Origin: an uncultured virus (IMG/VR IMGVR_UViG_3300033075_000390)
Taxonomy: Duplodnaviria > Heunggongvirae > Uroviricota > Caudoviricetes
IMG/VR virus record: IMGVR_UViG_3300033075_000390
Length of the DNA: 64,000 bases
Strand: one strand, 5' to 3'
The first letter of the stretch is position 1. The number at the start of each line of letters is the position of its first letter. A program made the position numbers and the translations under genes. Below the pieces are notes generated by a model, which saw nothing but the letters and a program-made list of their open reading frames with translations, ran no database searches and had not been told where the DNA came from. Positions 9,328-21,044 of the stretch are shown one piece after another.

Positions 9328-10104
9328 TCAATCTGTGATCTCAATTACCCAGTTCATTAAAGCTTCATAAACTCTAGGGTCAATTTGATCTTTCCACTTT
9401 TCAGCTAAAGATTTAATGTATGCTTCTTTAACAGGTTTATAAGCATAGAAAGCTTCTTCAGGTGTATCATAAGTACCTAACGATTCCCACTTATACCCTC
9501 GTTGTATTCTAGCTCTGTATCTTGTTTTGGTGCTATTATAAATAACTCCCTGTGGGAAAGAGCCTCGAACACTCTTGTTATTAGTTAGAGCAACATTAAT
9601 TTCTGATGGCACAATACAACAAGTATCTTCTGAGTATACCTTATTACCTTTAATTAGAATGTCTTTATCTAAATGCCAACCTTCTTGCTCACATCCGATC
9701 TGTGAGTAATACCAAGACTTGAACTTAGAAAAGTGTCGGAATGTTTCAGAGGAAGTGCAAGCCTCGTAAGTTGGATTATTTGTCTTATTTTTCGGGTTAT
9801 AACATCTCTGCATCATACCATTCCATTTCTTGTATAGAGGGTCACACCTACCACCTCTACCAACACTTTTAGGTATGTCCATAACACCATATTTGTGAGT
9901 GTCATGTACTTCGGAGTCTTTTAAAATACCAGTTGTCAAAGCGGATGCTGTGGTATTTTTAATTGCACCTGTATTTAAAAACTTTACAGTGATATTATGA
10001 CTGTCTATGTATTCAGTAACTTCAACATCTCCATAATTGTTCGTTTTAAACACAGTCCCTTCATATTTCTCTTTAGCATCTAATGTGCGTTTATGTACCA
10101 TCAA
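9328..10104 (-). mobile_element. free-standing HNH-like/AP2 endonuclease, family copy 1
   Basis: W..M..RCY, HLDKDIL.KGN..YS..TC...P.EIN core, AP2-like LG.Y.T.EEA segment, ends EITD; stop fused to GAGAGC-TTCG-GCTCTC terminator. Confidence 0.8.
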
Positions 10105-10274
10105 CTCTTTACTCCTCTAATTAAACTTTTCTATAGGATTTTGACTTCCTATTCTGTGTACCGCAGCTTTTTAAAATATCGTAACGTTTTGATATTGCTA
10201 TAGAAATCTCTATATGATTTAAAATATATAGGAAATTCAAAGTTGAATTTTCAATCCTTATATGATTATTTACA

Positions 10275-12541
10275 TCATTTACTCTGCTGAATCAGTGTTC
10301 GTAGTCGCATAATCTTAGCTGAGTTTCTACCAATCTGTTCAGAGATACGGCAGAGGTGTCTTGCATACCTATATGTGTTGTATGCACTAAGGTAATGATA
10401 CTCGCAACGTTGAGCAACCTCTTTATCAATAAGTTTCTTACGTTCACCAGATAACACACGATTCTCTTGTTTGAGTTTATGAATTTTAACTAAACGTCTT
10501 TTGTTTCGTTGTTCGGTTTTTAATAAATCATTCATTTTATTCCTCGTTACAAATACTGATAAAATCTTTTAGAGTTACTACATTATCTTTTGACACATTT
10601 TTTGAGTAGTTAGTAAACGCCTTTAGTGATATATAAACTTCATTGAAGTTTGTGTTGATCTCACCTTGCCACATAGCTTTTTGAAAACCTAACCGAACAA
10701 GACTTTGAATAACTCTCCATTCAGGCTGTTCTGAATTGATTTCTATTTGATAAACTTTATTACTTAACATCTTAATCCTCTCCAATACGTTTCATTTCAT
10801 CATCATATACTTCTTGAATAATATGTTCAATAATGTATTCACTATTATATTCCAATTCATCTAATATACTGTCATTTACACTATCTGATTGTTCTGAAAC
10901 AAACGTTAGTTTAATGTTGTGATTAGTGTCAATATACTCACCAACAAGATCATCAAAATCTGGACGATATTTACAACTACCTGTCCAAGAATATGTAATG
11001 CTCTGACCACAGTACAACACTGTAATAAGGTGCTTATCTAAATCAATATCTTCGAGAGTAACGTTGTTTTTGTAACTAATGAAGTTCATTTTAAATCTCC
11101 TATTTTTAAAATACCTAATACCTTTATTAAAGGTTCATCTTTTCTTGCTAACATCACCTCATATGTTGAGACTGTTTGCAATACCTTTAGGTTATCTTCG
11201 ACTAAGTATTCAACCAAGTGTGTATATCTTCTGTTGTCAAAGTTACTATTATTGAACTTACCATCTCTGACCCTGTTTAACACAAACTCTTTGTTGGGAC
11301 TAAACCATTTAAATTTCCATTTCCAAGCGAAAGGTCTGTCGTTTTCAACATTATTAAACTCTTGCTCTGACATTGCTCTGTATAGTTTCATATCTATCTA
11401 CCTTTAAATCAAATCCACTAAAACAAATTCAATTTTACCATCAGGTTTCTTCTCAAACAAAAAGTCACCTTTACAACCTAAATCGTACAACTTATCTTTG
11501 ATATAGTCAATATTTTTACTAGATTTACCACACACAACTCCTGCATTAATGAAAATTGGTAATTTCTGTCCAGTTTTAATCTCAAACTCTAACAATGTAT
11601 ACAACTCTGTTACAATCTTATCTAATTGTGAGTTCTCTTGCACTTCTTGATAAAGTTTCCCTATGGCACTTTTATAAGATTTTTGGATATTCATTTTGTA
11701 AATCCTCTAAAATTATTTCATATTTTCATTATACACAAAACAAAAAAGGGATCAACCCTAAAGTCAATCCCTTTTGTAAAATTTTAAACTTCAAATACAG
11801 AGTGTATTAAATACTTACCTTTGTATTTAACTAGGAAAGCTTTAATTGCCTCAAACTTAGACTTCGCAATGTAAGTGTTGTCTAAATCTGTAATATGTAA
11901 TGGTGCAAAATAGTATATACGATAAACTTTCATAATCATATCAAATTCTCCTCATCAATATAGAACTCATAATGTTTGAATACTTCCTTATCTTTGCAAA
12001 TGTAAGAGGTAATATGATCTCCATAAATATGAATAAAATTATGGAATTGTAATTTAGCTTTGCCATCTACTGTTTTCAATTTGTTATGAGGTTCTTCAAA
12101 CCCTAGTTGTGTGAAATAGTCTTTATAAACTTTCTCACCTAACGCTGTTGGTTCAAACCAAACATAATTGTTCATATTAAATTTAATCATTTTAACGTCC
12201 TAACACATAATATTCATTTGAAATATTTAATCGTGTATGCTGATTCACTTGTTTAAACTTACCTTTATCATTGTACACAATTGTATAACCTGCTAAATAA
12301 GCTTTTAATGCTTGTTGTTTAGTTAGCAGTTTCATCGTAATTCCTCCACATCATTAGTTGTGTTATCAAGAACCCAACGAACCGTGTTTAACTCAATTAG
12401 ACGCTCTTTAATCTTTTCTTTCATTACATTAAAACCAAACTCGTCACCTTGTCGTAAATATTCAAGTTTCTTTTCTTCAAGTTTTTGTATTAAGTTTTCA
12501 ACATTTCCAATGAAATTCTCTATTTGCTGTTGTGTCTTCAT
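10275..12541 (-). CDS. cluster of small hypothetical proteins
   Basis: Co-directional ORFs 10275-10535, 10537-10785, 10772-11089, 11086-11391, 11404-11694, 11936-12190, 12332-12541. Confidence 0.65.
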
Positions 12542-12551
12542 CCCTTATCTC

Positions 12552-12818
12552 CTATTTCAAAACAATATTACGACAACTAAACTCAATTACAGAGCTTAAC
12601 TTAAAACTTTTATAACTTTTTGACTCCATATCAAAAACCCTTACAATATTAGGATTTGTATTCTGCAATACTCTCTTGTCAGGGCGTTTCGATAAATGAC
12701 GTTTAATACCTGTTTTAGCGTACATTACTCTAGTAGACCCATCTTGCTTAGTAAAACGTACTACAAACATACGAGAGTGCGTAGAAGCGATTGTAGAGCG
12801 TAATTGTTCAATATTCAT
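12552..12818 (-). CDS. WYL-like SH3-barrel protein
   Basis: V.F.K.DGS.R.M....G...V.VFD.E...YKSFK pattern. Confidence 0.65.
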   Translation of the reverse strand: MNIEQLRSTIASTHSRMFVVRFTKQDGSTRVMYAKTGIKRHLSKRPDKRVLQNTNPNIVRVFDMESKSYKSFKLSSVIEFSCRNIVLK

Positions 12819-13101
12819 TGTGTTTCTCCTAACCTTTGATCACAATTTCAAAGTTCTTAACTTTAATCCACTCATCAGCGTCAGTGTCTAGAACTTTCAT
12901 ACCAACAAAATCGTTGCTGTGGTTTTTGTCAGCAGATATGATAACTGCATCATTTTCAGAACTAAACAAAGCATAAGTGTTATAGTGTTGCCACTGCTTC
13001 ACTTGCGGGTATTCTTCGTTAACGTGTTCCCCAATTTGATTAATTTCGGACTTTAACATTTTAATCTCCTTTTGCTCACTAAAGCATTTCTTTATGTATT
13101 A

Positions 13102-13130
13102 AATATACATATAAAGAAAAAGGATGTCAA
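13102..13130 (-). promoter_or_regulatory. sigma70 promoter overlapping the upstream terminator hairpin
   Basis: TTGACA-17-TATATT on minus strand. Confidence 0.7.
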
Positions 13131-13158
13131 CAAATTAATGCTAACATCCTTAAATTAT

Positions 13159-13620
13159 TTAAATATTCGTGCTACCAAAACCACCTGTACCACGTTCTGT
13201 ATCTGATAATTCATCTACTTCAACAAAAGATACTTTAGGGTAGGGTAGGATTACCAGTTGAGCAATACGGTCTCCGATTTCATACTCTTTGACTTCATCT
13301 GTTTTATACACTCCGTTGTTCCAAGTTGATTTACGTAAAGTTGGTTTAAACTTCAAGATAAGTTCACCACGGTAATCTGAATCTATCGTACCCACCGAAT
13401 TAGCTAACACTAGATCATATTTAGAAATGCTTGAACGTGGTCGCAAATCAGCGTAGTAACCCGTTGGGATTTGTATAGCAAGCCCTGTCCCAAAAACCAC
13501 ATTTCCATGTTCATCATACTCTTTAGAAACTGCTGTCAAATCCATACCAACAGAACCAACTGTTTCATACTTTGGAATAACAGCATCTTTGTGTAACTTT
13601 TTAATTTTCACTTCTAACAT
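13159..13620 (-). CDS. dut: trimeric dUTPase
   Basis: Motifs GMDL, RPRSS, GTIDSDYRGE, GDRIAQL, RGTGGFGST. Confidence 0.95.
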   Translation of the reverse strand: MLEVKIKKLHKDAVIPKYETVGSVGMDLTAVSKEYDEHGNVVFGTGLAIQIPTGYYADLRPRSSISKYDLVLANSVGTIDSDYRGELILKFKPTLRKSTWNNGVYKTDEVKEYEIGDRIAQLVILPYPKVSFVEVDELSDTERGTGGFGSTNI

Positions 13621-13948
13621 TCGATTTTCCTCTTAGTTTTTAATTTCAACAGTAATGTTTAACTCATTCTCTAGCACTTTAGCATAATGCAATTCTGAAT
13701 AAATAATCTTTGGTTCAAAGTCATATAACTTAGCAATATAGCTTAATATCTCTCCAACAAAGTTGGCTGAGATTGTCTCTCCATCAATAACACATAAGAA
13801 TGAATCATTAAAATCATCGTATGTGATAATGTATTGTGATTGTTTGGTTGTCATTAGTAATAGCCTATCTCCTGTTTGGTATGAAGTAATATTACAACAA
13901 GTAAAATAAAAAGACAACCACTTTTCAATGATTGCCTTAAAATAATTT

Positions 13949-14635
13949 CTAATCTGTGAGTAAGTTGAAATCAAAATCGTATTGATCTTTCTTGTTCAAC
14001 ATAAACAACTTAATAAAAGCGTTAGTTGCACATGGAGCTTTCTGTAACAGTTCTATTAGTACTTCTTTAGCTACAACACGGTGTTCCTTTTGTGTACTAA
14101 CATGAGTTCGAGAAAGGCAGTAGAACAACCATGAACGCAAGCTTGCATTGAAGTACATCTTGGTTGATGTTAGACCAATCGGCAGTAAACTTCTAGACAA
14201 CTCCTTGGCAATCCCTTTATCGAGAGCTTGTTCGTACAACTTAAAAGCATGATGTTGCAGTTGAAACTGTGCGTTTATCCACCACTGGCTTAACTCTAAA
14301 TCTTCTGATACAAAACTGTTCTGACGGTTCTTCTCATCCTGCACACGACACTCTCGTAACTCTGACTTCATATTTGAGCAATCAGCATACCTTTGTGACC
14401 ACTCTTGAGGTTTAAGTGTCTGATGACGTAGTAATTGAATACCAACATCTTTCTCTGTATTAATCTCAAAGGTTAGATTAACCATGTCTAGGGGAGACCA
14501 ATGTCCTTCACGGATAAGGTAGTTCATTAACCCTTCATACTTGGGATTATCTTGATTCTCACTAGACACTCGTGCTAAAAATACAACCTTTTGATCAATA
14601 TTTTCTGGTGCATCGAATAGTACAACTTGTTTCAA
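13949..14635 (-). CDS. thyX: flavin-dependent thymidylate synthase
   Basis: ARVS, GHWSP, QLLRH, EWSQRY, KELSR.LLP and QKEHR motifs. Confidence 0.92.
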   Translation of the reverse strand: MKQVVLFDAPENIDQKVVFLARVSSENQDNPKYEGLMNYLIREGHWSPLDMVNLTFEINTEKDVGIQLLRHQTLKPQEWSQRYADCSNMKSELRECRVQDEKNRQNSFVSEDLELSQWWINAQFQLQHHAFKLYEQALDKGIAKELSRSLLPIGLTSTKMYFNASLRSWLFYCLSRTHVSTQKEHRVVAKEVLIELLQKAPCATNAFIKLFMLNKKDQYDFDFNLLTD

Positions 14636-15135
14636 TTTACTTCTCCTTTAAATGCAAAATCTTTCTGTAACTCTTCGTATTTTACCTTAACAACAGCTTC
14701 AGCTTCCTGTATGCTTTCATGCATCCCTAAATAGTACCTAACGCCGTCTACATTTACTAATACCTTCCATTTCGACCCGTCTTTATATACACCTTTCACG
14801 CCACTGATAGTGTCTTTATTTGGCTTACAATTCCAACGGTTTTCCTTCTTAGAAGCTTCTCTAAGATTTTCAATTCTATTATTTGTAGGGTTTCCATCTA
14901 TATGATCAACCAATCTCGGTAAATACTTATGGAACATCAAAAATATTAAACGGTGTTGTCTGTGACTTTTATTATCCACACGTACATCATAGTACCCCGT
15001 AGACTTGTTTAGATTCACAGCAATGTCTCCAATTTTTGCTTGACCGTTGACAGTTATTTTCCTCACTAACCACCCGTCCTTGTACTCAAACAGTTCATGT
15101 GCTCGGTCAAATAACTCTAATATTTCACTCATCAT
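14632..15135 (-). mobile_element. HNH endonuclease with AP2-like C-terminus
   Basis: HRLIF...VDHIDGNPTNNRIENLR, SGVKGV, YLG..E..EA. Confidence 0.9.
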
Positions 15136-15196
15136 TTCTCCTCTTTAACTAAACACCTTACAATTCACATAGAGCTTTACAGCTCACACGGAATTT

Positions 15197-15642
15197 CTAT
15201 AATTCACACCAACAAACACTCTGTTGGGTAACTTTCATAATATCTACTACATCAACTTGCATTGTAGTATCTTTATCACTTAAATACGTCTTACAACTTC
15301 GTTCTAGTGCATTAACTGATGCTAATAAATAAACACCTGTTCCTAACAAGATTAACACATTAGCTTCTTTATGCTTAGAGTAATCTACTTTAACTCCAAG
15401 CTGACCAAGCAACCCTTGCATTGTTTGCATAGAGGATGCTGTAAAATAAGACGCTTGCATCAGCACTCTCCTTCGTAAGCATCATAACAATCTTCATTGT
15501 ATGAAACATCTTGACCTTTTAATTTCTCATCTGTTTCTTGAAAGATTATAGTGTTCTTGCTCATTTTCAACTTACGTAATTCCTTACTCTCTTTACGAGC
15601 TTTCTTTACGTCTGTTGTATTCATCTTATTAAATGTACGCAT
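15197..15642 (-). CDS. two small hypothetical proteins (15197-15466, 15460-15642)
   Basis: Overlapping co-directional ORFs. Confidence 0.65.
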
Positions 15643-15651
15643 TTGTGTTTC

Positions 15652-16192
15652 CTACATCTGATTTAACTTTTCAAGTAGTTGTTCAACTTCTTTCTGTTTA
15701 GCGGAAATTAAGTTAGCTAACTTAATTTCTCTTGCTTATCGTAATACGGTTTAAAGAAATAATCAAGAGCTTCTTTCTGTTTATCTCGAAATTCAATCAA
15801 AGTCTCTAAATCTTCAACAAAACCTTCTTTCCCTAAAGACTTATTTAAAGCTTTCCATAATCTAAAACCATAACTACCGTTAGTTACTCCTAGCAAAGCT
15901 GTAGCGTATACTAAATCTCCAAGAGGAACTTCAAACTCACTGTCTCCAATACAAACTTTTACCGTACCCGTTGGTTTCATTTCTCGGTAATTAAGTTTAG
16001 TTTTTTCAGAAACTAATTCAAACCTACTTTCGTGGTAACTGTGCCGTTCAGCGATCTCCTCAAGATGAATAAACTCACAATCTACACAGTAAAATGTGTA
16101 GATTTCACCAAAACCAGCCATTGTCCTTGATCTACTTCAACGCAACGAACTTTATCACCTTTCTTAAATTTACTTGTTACTGAACTACTCAT
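15652..16192 (-). pseudogene. doubly frameshifted hypothetical gene (KFKKGDKVRC-type N-terminus)
   Basis: RBS and ATG at 16192 give MSSSVTSKFKKGDKVRCVEVDQGQWL; frame shifts into ORF 15717-16121, then again into IKLANLISAKQKEVEQLLEKLNQM*. Confidence 0.6.
15704..15729. repeat. perfect 26-bp palindrome GAAATTAAGTTAGCTAACTTAATTTC
   Basis: Reads identically on both strands. Confidence 0.95.
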
Positions 16193-16222
16193 TTACTTTC
16201 TCCTTCGTTTAAGATGTTTAGA

Positions 16223-17298
16223 TTATAACTTACTTGATGAGATTTTGTAAATACCTTTTTCATATATTTCTGCAATTACCTCTTCTGCTTCAACATAAGT
16301 CTTACAAGAGACACTAACTAAGTTGTTATGTGAGTTATAACAATGAAAACGATACGGAGCTTTAATGTCATACACAATACCTTGCTCTGCATAACTTCCA
16401 GCATTGTCTCTAATCTGTAAGTCAGATGGTGTATGTACACGAATCTTAACTTTCTTACCATTAAACTTCAATGTGTAATCACCCCCATTCACTAGCACAT
16501 CATCTAATGTTCGTTCAGATTGTTTAACATCTTTTACTGGTGTATCAAGAACTTGTTGTTGTGCTTCTAAGGCTTTAGAAATAGCTTTTTCTATCTCCTT
16601 ATCTGACATCCATTTGTTAATACCTAATGATTGCATTTGAGCGAGTGTTAAATCTTTCATTTATTCATCTCCTATTCCACATTTACTACAATATTGATTC
16701 TCTGACTTACCAACCCAATTATGATTACAACTGATTTTAATTTCAAGCTCCTTAAACATCTCAAAAGCACCATTTAAATAGAAATAAGGTGTATCATCAA
16801 CAAAATATCCACCAAATTGTTTATAAGTTATTCCACCAATCAACATATCTGCTTCTTTAAAGAGTTTTGTCATTTCAAACTTATCTCTTAGTGTTTCATT
16901 ACTCATTTAATGACCTCCACATTACCACTACCACATTTCGGACAGTAAAACCAATCGTTATCAGAAAGATTAAACTTTCTCTCTGAAACACTAAAAGAAC
17001 AATGACAAGCGTTACAAAACAAATTGTGCATTCACTTCTCCATAATCTTATTCAAACACAATTGAAATGCTTCACGATCTTTATATTCTTGATCATCTTT
17101 CTCTAACTCAAAGATTGTTTCAATAATATCTTCTAAACTATCTTTTTCATCACTACTAAAGATTTCTCTATCTTGATAATAAACTATAAATTTAAGATAT
17201 GTTCCTTCGCAACGTTTGTGATATGAGGTAATACTAATCTTGTATTCACCATACACTAACGTATTCTGTACTACTTTAAACCTTGATAAGTTTTTCAC
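16223..17298 (-). CDS. four small hypothetical proteins (16223-16660, 16661-16906, Zn-ribbon 16903-17031, 17032-17298)
   Basis: Abutting ORFs; 16903-17031 hand-translated with CNAC...CPKC. Confidence 0.65.
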
Positions 17299-17407
17299 AA
17301 CTTTCTCCTTAATTGGTATTGCAACATATTTTCAATAATTAAAGAATATAACAACTACTCTCGAATTACAATACCAATATCAGATTATTTTAAACTATTT
17401 CTTCACC

Positions 17408-17611
17408 TCACTTAAAAAATTTATGATTTCCTATTGTACAGGTATGTGTTAACTTTTTCAACCAATTTCTATTTGTTTTAACATGTACAAAATACAAAGC
17501 ACCTCTACTCACATCTTTGTGTTTACCATCAACCACCTCTTGTGCTAGACGTTTAGCTCTTTCATACTGCTCTTTCTCTTTAACCTTTGGATTATGTTTA
17601 GTCCAAGAAAA
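17408..17611 (-). pseudogene. orphan 3' half of an SleB-like cell wall hydrolase gene
   Basis: Start-less frame FSWTKHNPKVKEKEQYERAKRLAQEVVDGKHKDVSRGALYF...IGNHKFFK* aligns with the C-terminus of 18471-18956. Confidence 0.9.
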
Positions 17612-17633
17612 ATAAAAAGAGGGCTTTTGCCCT

Positions 17634-18410
17634 CTAATCTGTTATTTCAATTTTCCAGTTTACAAGAGCATCGTAGACACGAGGGTCGATCCGATCTTTC
17701 CACTTGTTTGCTACTTCTTTGATGTAAGCTTCTTTAGCTTGCTTGTAAGCGTAGAAAGCTTCTTCCTTTGTGTCAAAAACTCCCAATGCTGTTTCTTGTT
17801 TGTTTATTGAAACTCTTGCTCTAAATTTACTACCTTTAGTTGTGACACCTATTGGTAACAAACCCCTTGTCGACCTACTGTTCAGAATTAAATTGTTAAT
17901 CTCTTGTGGAACAAACACGCACGTATTTGGTGAGTACTCAGTATTACCTTTAATCAAAATATCCTTATCTAAAGCGAATGGTTTACCAAACTCATCAACA
18001 CTGTTATAACCAATTTGAGATTTACTCCAATCAATAAAATCAGAAGCGCAGAAAAATATTTCTGAGCATGTGGTTTGTTCATAAGAAGTGTGTCTGCCTT
18101 TCCATAGCGGGTCAAAACACCTTTGCAGAACTCCATACCATGTCTTCAAAAGTTTACGACTATCTTTACATTTGTTGTCGTATCCGTAACCAATGTAACC
18201 CACACCGTAGTTTGTCTTTGCTAGTAGATCAACAACACAACCTTCCCTAATAGAATACATATCTGTCATGTTTAATCCACCAGTGTTTTCGAACTGAATG
18301 TACACCCTTGTATAGTGTTCATACCGTATTACCGTAAACCTACCACAACCATTACTTTCAAAAGTTTTACCAACAGTGTTATTAATATTTTGCAAAGTCG
18401 ATTTCTTCAA
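17634..18410 (-). mobile_element. free-standing HNH-like/AP2 endonuclease, family copy 2
   Basis: LDKDILIKGN..YS..TC.F.P.EIN, ends EITD; probable TTG start at 18410 after GAGGAG; stop fused to GAGGGC-AAAA-GCCCTC terminator. Confidence 0.8.
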
Positions 18411-18470
18411 GTAATTCTCCTCAGTTTTTAAAACTGATATTTTACAACACATATGTAAAGAAAGAAAGTA

Positions 18471-18956
18471 TTATTTAAAGAAACTGTGATTTCCAATTCT
18501 TACTGTAAGTTTTGTGTTTTTCGGAGCTTTATGATGCGCGTTGAAATAAATCGCCCCACATGTCACGTCTTTGTGCTTTCCACCTAAGACTTCGTGAACC
18601 AATTGTTTAGCCTTGTCGTACTCTTTAGGTTCTTTGATTGTCTTACCTTTACCCCACCACTCAAACTGGTTAGGTTGCGCAATTACTTTACAAGGTGTTG
18701 ATGGAAACCTACTATCTTTAGTCCTGTTTAGTACAACAAATATTGTTGCTAACATACCTTTCTCGCCATCGCCCCTGCTTTCGTGGTATGTATTAAGCGA
18801 AAGACACTCTAATTGAGCTTTAGAGAGCGTTTGAGTTTGAAACTGTTTAGGATTAGTCTCAGCCTGTAAAGTTGCTGCAATCGTAGATGAGAGAGCGAGA
18901 ACAGCACATATTGAGATACTTCTTGTTAGATTCTTTAATTTGATATTTAATTTCAA
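18471..18956 (-). CDS. SleB-like cell wall hydrolase (Hydrolase_2) with signal peptide
   Basis: CL...YHESRG.....VVLNR...FP.T.C.VI.QP.QF...GA.YF...IGNH.FF. Confidence 0.9.
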   Translation of the reverse strand: MKLNIKLKNLTRSISICAVLALSSTIAATLQAETNPKQFQTQTLSKAQLECLSLNTYHESRGDGEKGMLATIFVVLNRTKDSRFPSTPCKVIAQPNQFEWWGKGKTIKEPKEYDKAKQLVHEVLGGKHKDVTCGAIYFNAHHKAPKNTKLTVRIGNHSFFK

Positions 18957-19015
18957 AATTAATTCCTATTTTGTTGATAAAATAAAAAGGGAAGCATTTA
19001 GCCTCCCTTATTTGT

Positions 19016-19045
19016 ATAATAACACTATTTGTTTAGTTTTGTCAA
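19016..19045 (-). promoter_or_regulatory. sigma70 promoter for the hydrolase operon
   Basis: TTGACA-18-TATTAT on minus strand. Confidence 0.6.
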
Positions 19046-19046
19046 A

Positions 19047-20699
19047 TCAACGACAACAATAGATGTAAGCTTCTTTATGTTTGTAGCACTCAGACAAGTA
19101 TCTACACAAGAAGTCAATCAAACCTTCAAATGTTCCCCAACCGTTACTTGGTAAGTAGTCTACTAAACGATCTTCAAACTTTAGTAAGTTTTTAATTAAG
19201 TCTGGTAATGTTTTCAACACCAAAACAGCAGGAACTTCACCATTCTTTAAACCAAACAACTCATCATTTCTCCAAATCAACTCATAATATTCTTTACCTA
19301 CAAGCTTACCGCACTCATCGACAATCTTATTTAGGTTGTGTGTAATGTTTAAACAAACTTGTTGTTCAACATCTTCACCATCGTTATCTAAGAAATAAAT
19401 ACTTAAACTCATACGTTGCTCCCAAACTCTTTAAGCACATCTGCTTTAATAATTGTCTTACGGTTACGAGAATATTCTTCAAATGGTAATTGCTCTAAAC
19501 CTAACACATCAGTACAAGACCAAATATAGTCTTTATCCGTTAAGATGTAGCACTTGTAATTCTTAACTTGTGAAAGATCATCAACACCAAAGAAATCTAA
19601 ACAAGCTATAATCATCTCAGCAGCATAAGCTGTACCAACTCTACGTTGTTTCTCTTTGTCATAAGTATCTAACACCATATTAAAACAAGAGAAACTACCT
19701 TTACCTTCTAACTCAACCCAAACATCTAATATTAGAATCTTACGGTCTTGGTAAGATGTACACACTTTTGTTACGTTACACAATACTTTATTCATTTTAA
19801 ATCTCCTTTAGTTTATATTAATACCTAGTTGTAATACTACTTACTTGTTAGTGCAGAACGTAAGGCTGCTACAACTTGCTTGACTTCTTTTTCGGTGCGC
19901 CATGCACCGAATTGAACAAAACCCCAATTCATTGGTGTATCTTCAAGTGTTGTTTCCGCATACCCCTTCGTTTCATCACTACATAAGAAATAAACATAAT
20001 CACCAACTTTAGGCTCAAAAGGTGCAGGAATCTTTATTTCAATCTTTACAGTGCTTGGTTTGATTCGGAATTGGTAAACATCATCAAGATACCAAGAAAC
20101 TACAAGTTGCTTTGAATCACAACAAACCCATTTATCAGTAAAGTATTCAACATCTTTACCGTCAGCCAATGCTCGTAACGCATCAGCACCACTAATCAAG
20201 CCTTGTTCTTTTTTGCTTTTAGTAACAAGGTCTCTAAGTTGTGGTAAGGTGAGTTCTTCACAGTCATCATAATCTTCAAAAAACTCAACTCTGTCAGTAT
20301 AAACCTTACCGCCTGAAAGACAAACTATTCCAAATTTATCACAAATATGCTCAGAACCACCAAGCACACAAAACAACTCATGAGCTTCTTTACTTTCAGC
20401 TTCGTTATTTACACGTATTTTATAATTACCTAACATAATCAATCTCCTAAGCCTTCAATGAACTCTTGTAATGTTCCATTTGTATAAGGGACATTACAAT
20501 ATGATTCTTCCTGTTGTAAATCAATGTTATTAACACAAATAACACCATCTTTGTAAATATACATCTCATCATTGGTTAAATGAAACAAATAATAATCTCC
20601 ATCTACAAGTTCTGAAACATCTGTATTCAAGAAATCATTATCTTCTATGATTGTAACACGTTCTGTATTATCACACACATACATCTCCTTAACTAGCAA
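19047..20699 (-). CDS. four hypothetical proteins (19047-19412, 19409-19795, 19837-20442, 20439-20699)
   Basis: Overlapping stop/start junctions and RBSs. Confidence 0.7.
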
Positions 20700-20871
20700 T
20701 CTTTAACAATTCAACAAACTTCTCTGCTTGTTGTTGTGTATCAAAATGAAACGATGTATTTGAATTAAAATCTCTATCAGCTTTTAATCTAACACAAACA
20801 CAGTCGTAATAACAATAATCTACAAACACTTCCCACACACGATTACGTTTATCTGTAAACTCAATATTCAT
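20689..20871 (-). CDS. small hypothetical protein, paralog of 28535-28723
   Basis: Shares TD.R.R.WE.FVD.CYYD..CVR...DRDFNS..SFHF. Confidence 0.75.
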   Translation of the reverse strand: MNIEFTDKRNRVWEVFVDYCYYDCVCVRLKADRDFNSNTSFHFDTQQQAEKFVELLKIAS

Positions 20872-21044
20872 CCTAGCACCTCAACATCTAAATCAAATTT
20901 CTCAAATAATTCTTTAATCACCAACTGAACCTCTACAGCTTTAAATTGTTTAGCATAAGAATATTCATCTGACAGATGATCTTGTAGTTTAGATTTGTAT
21001 TCTTCTAAACAAACCTGTTTACAGTCATTCATTACAACCTCCTT

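Noticed and set aside
9090..10270. Loose GAAATC/GGAATTT words either side of endonuclease copy 1 as a packaging-signal array
   Set aside because: Too degenerate and irregular to separate from background by eye
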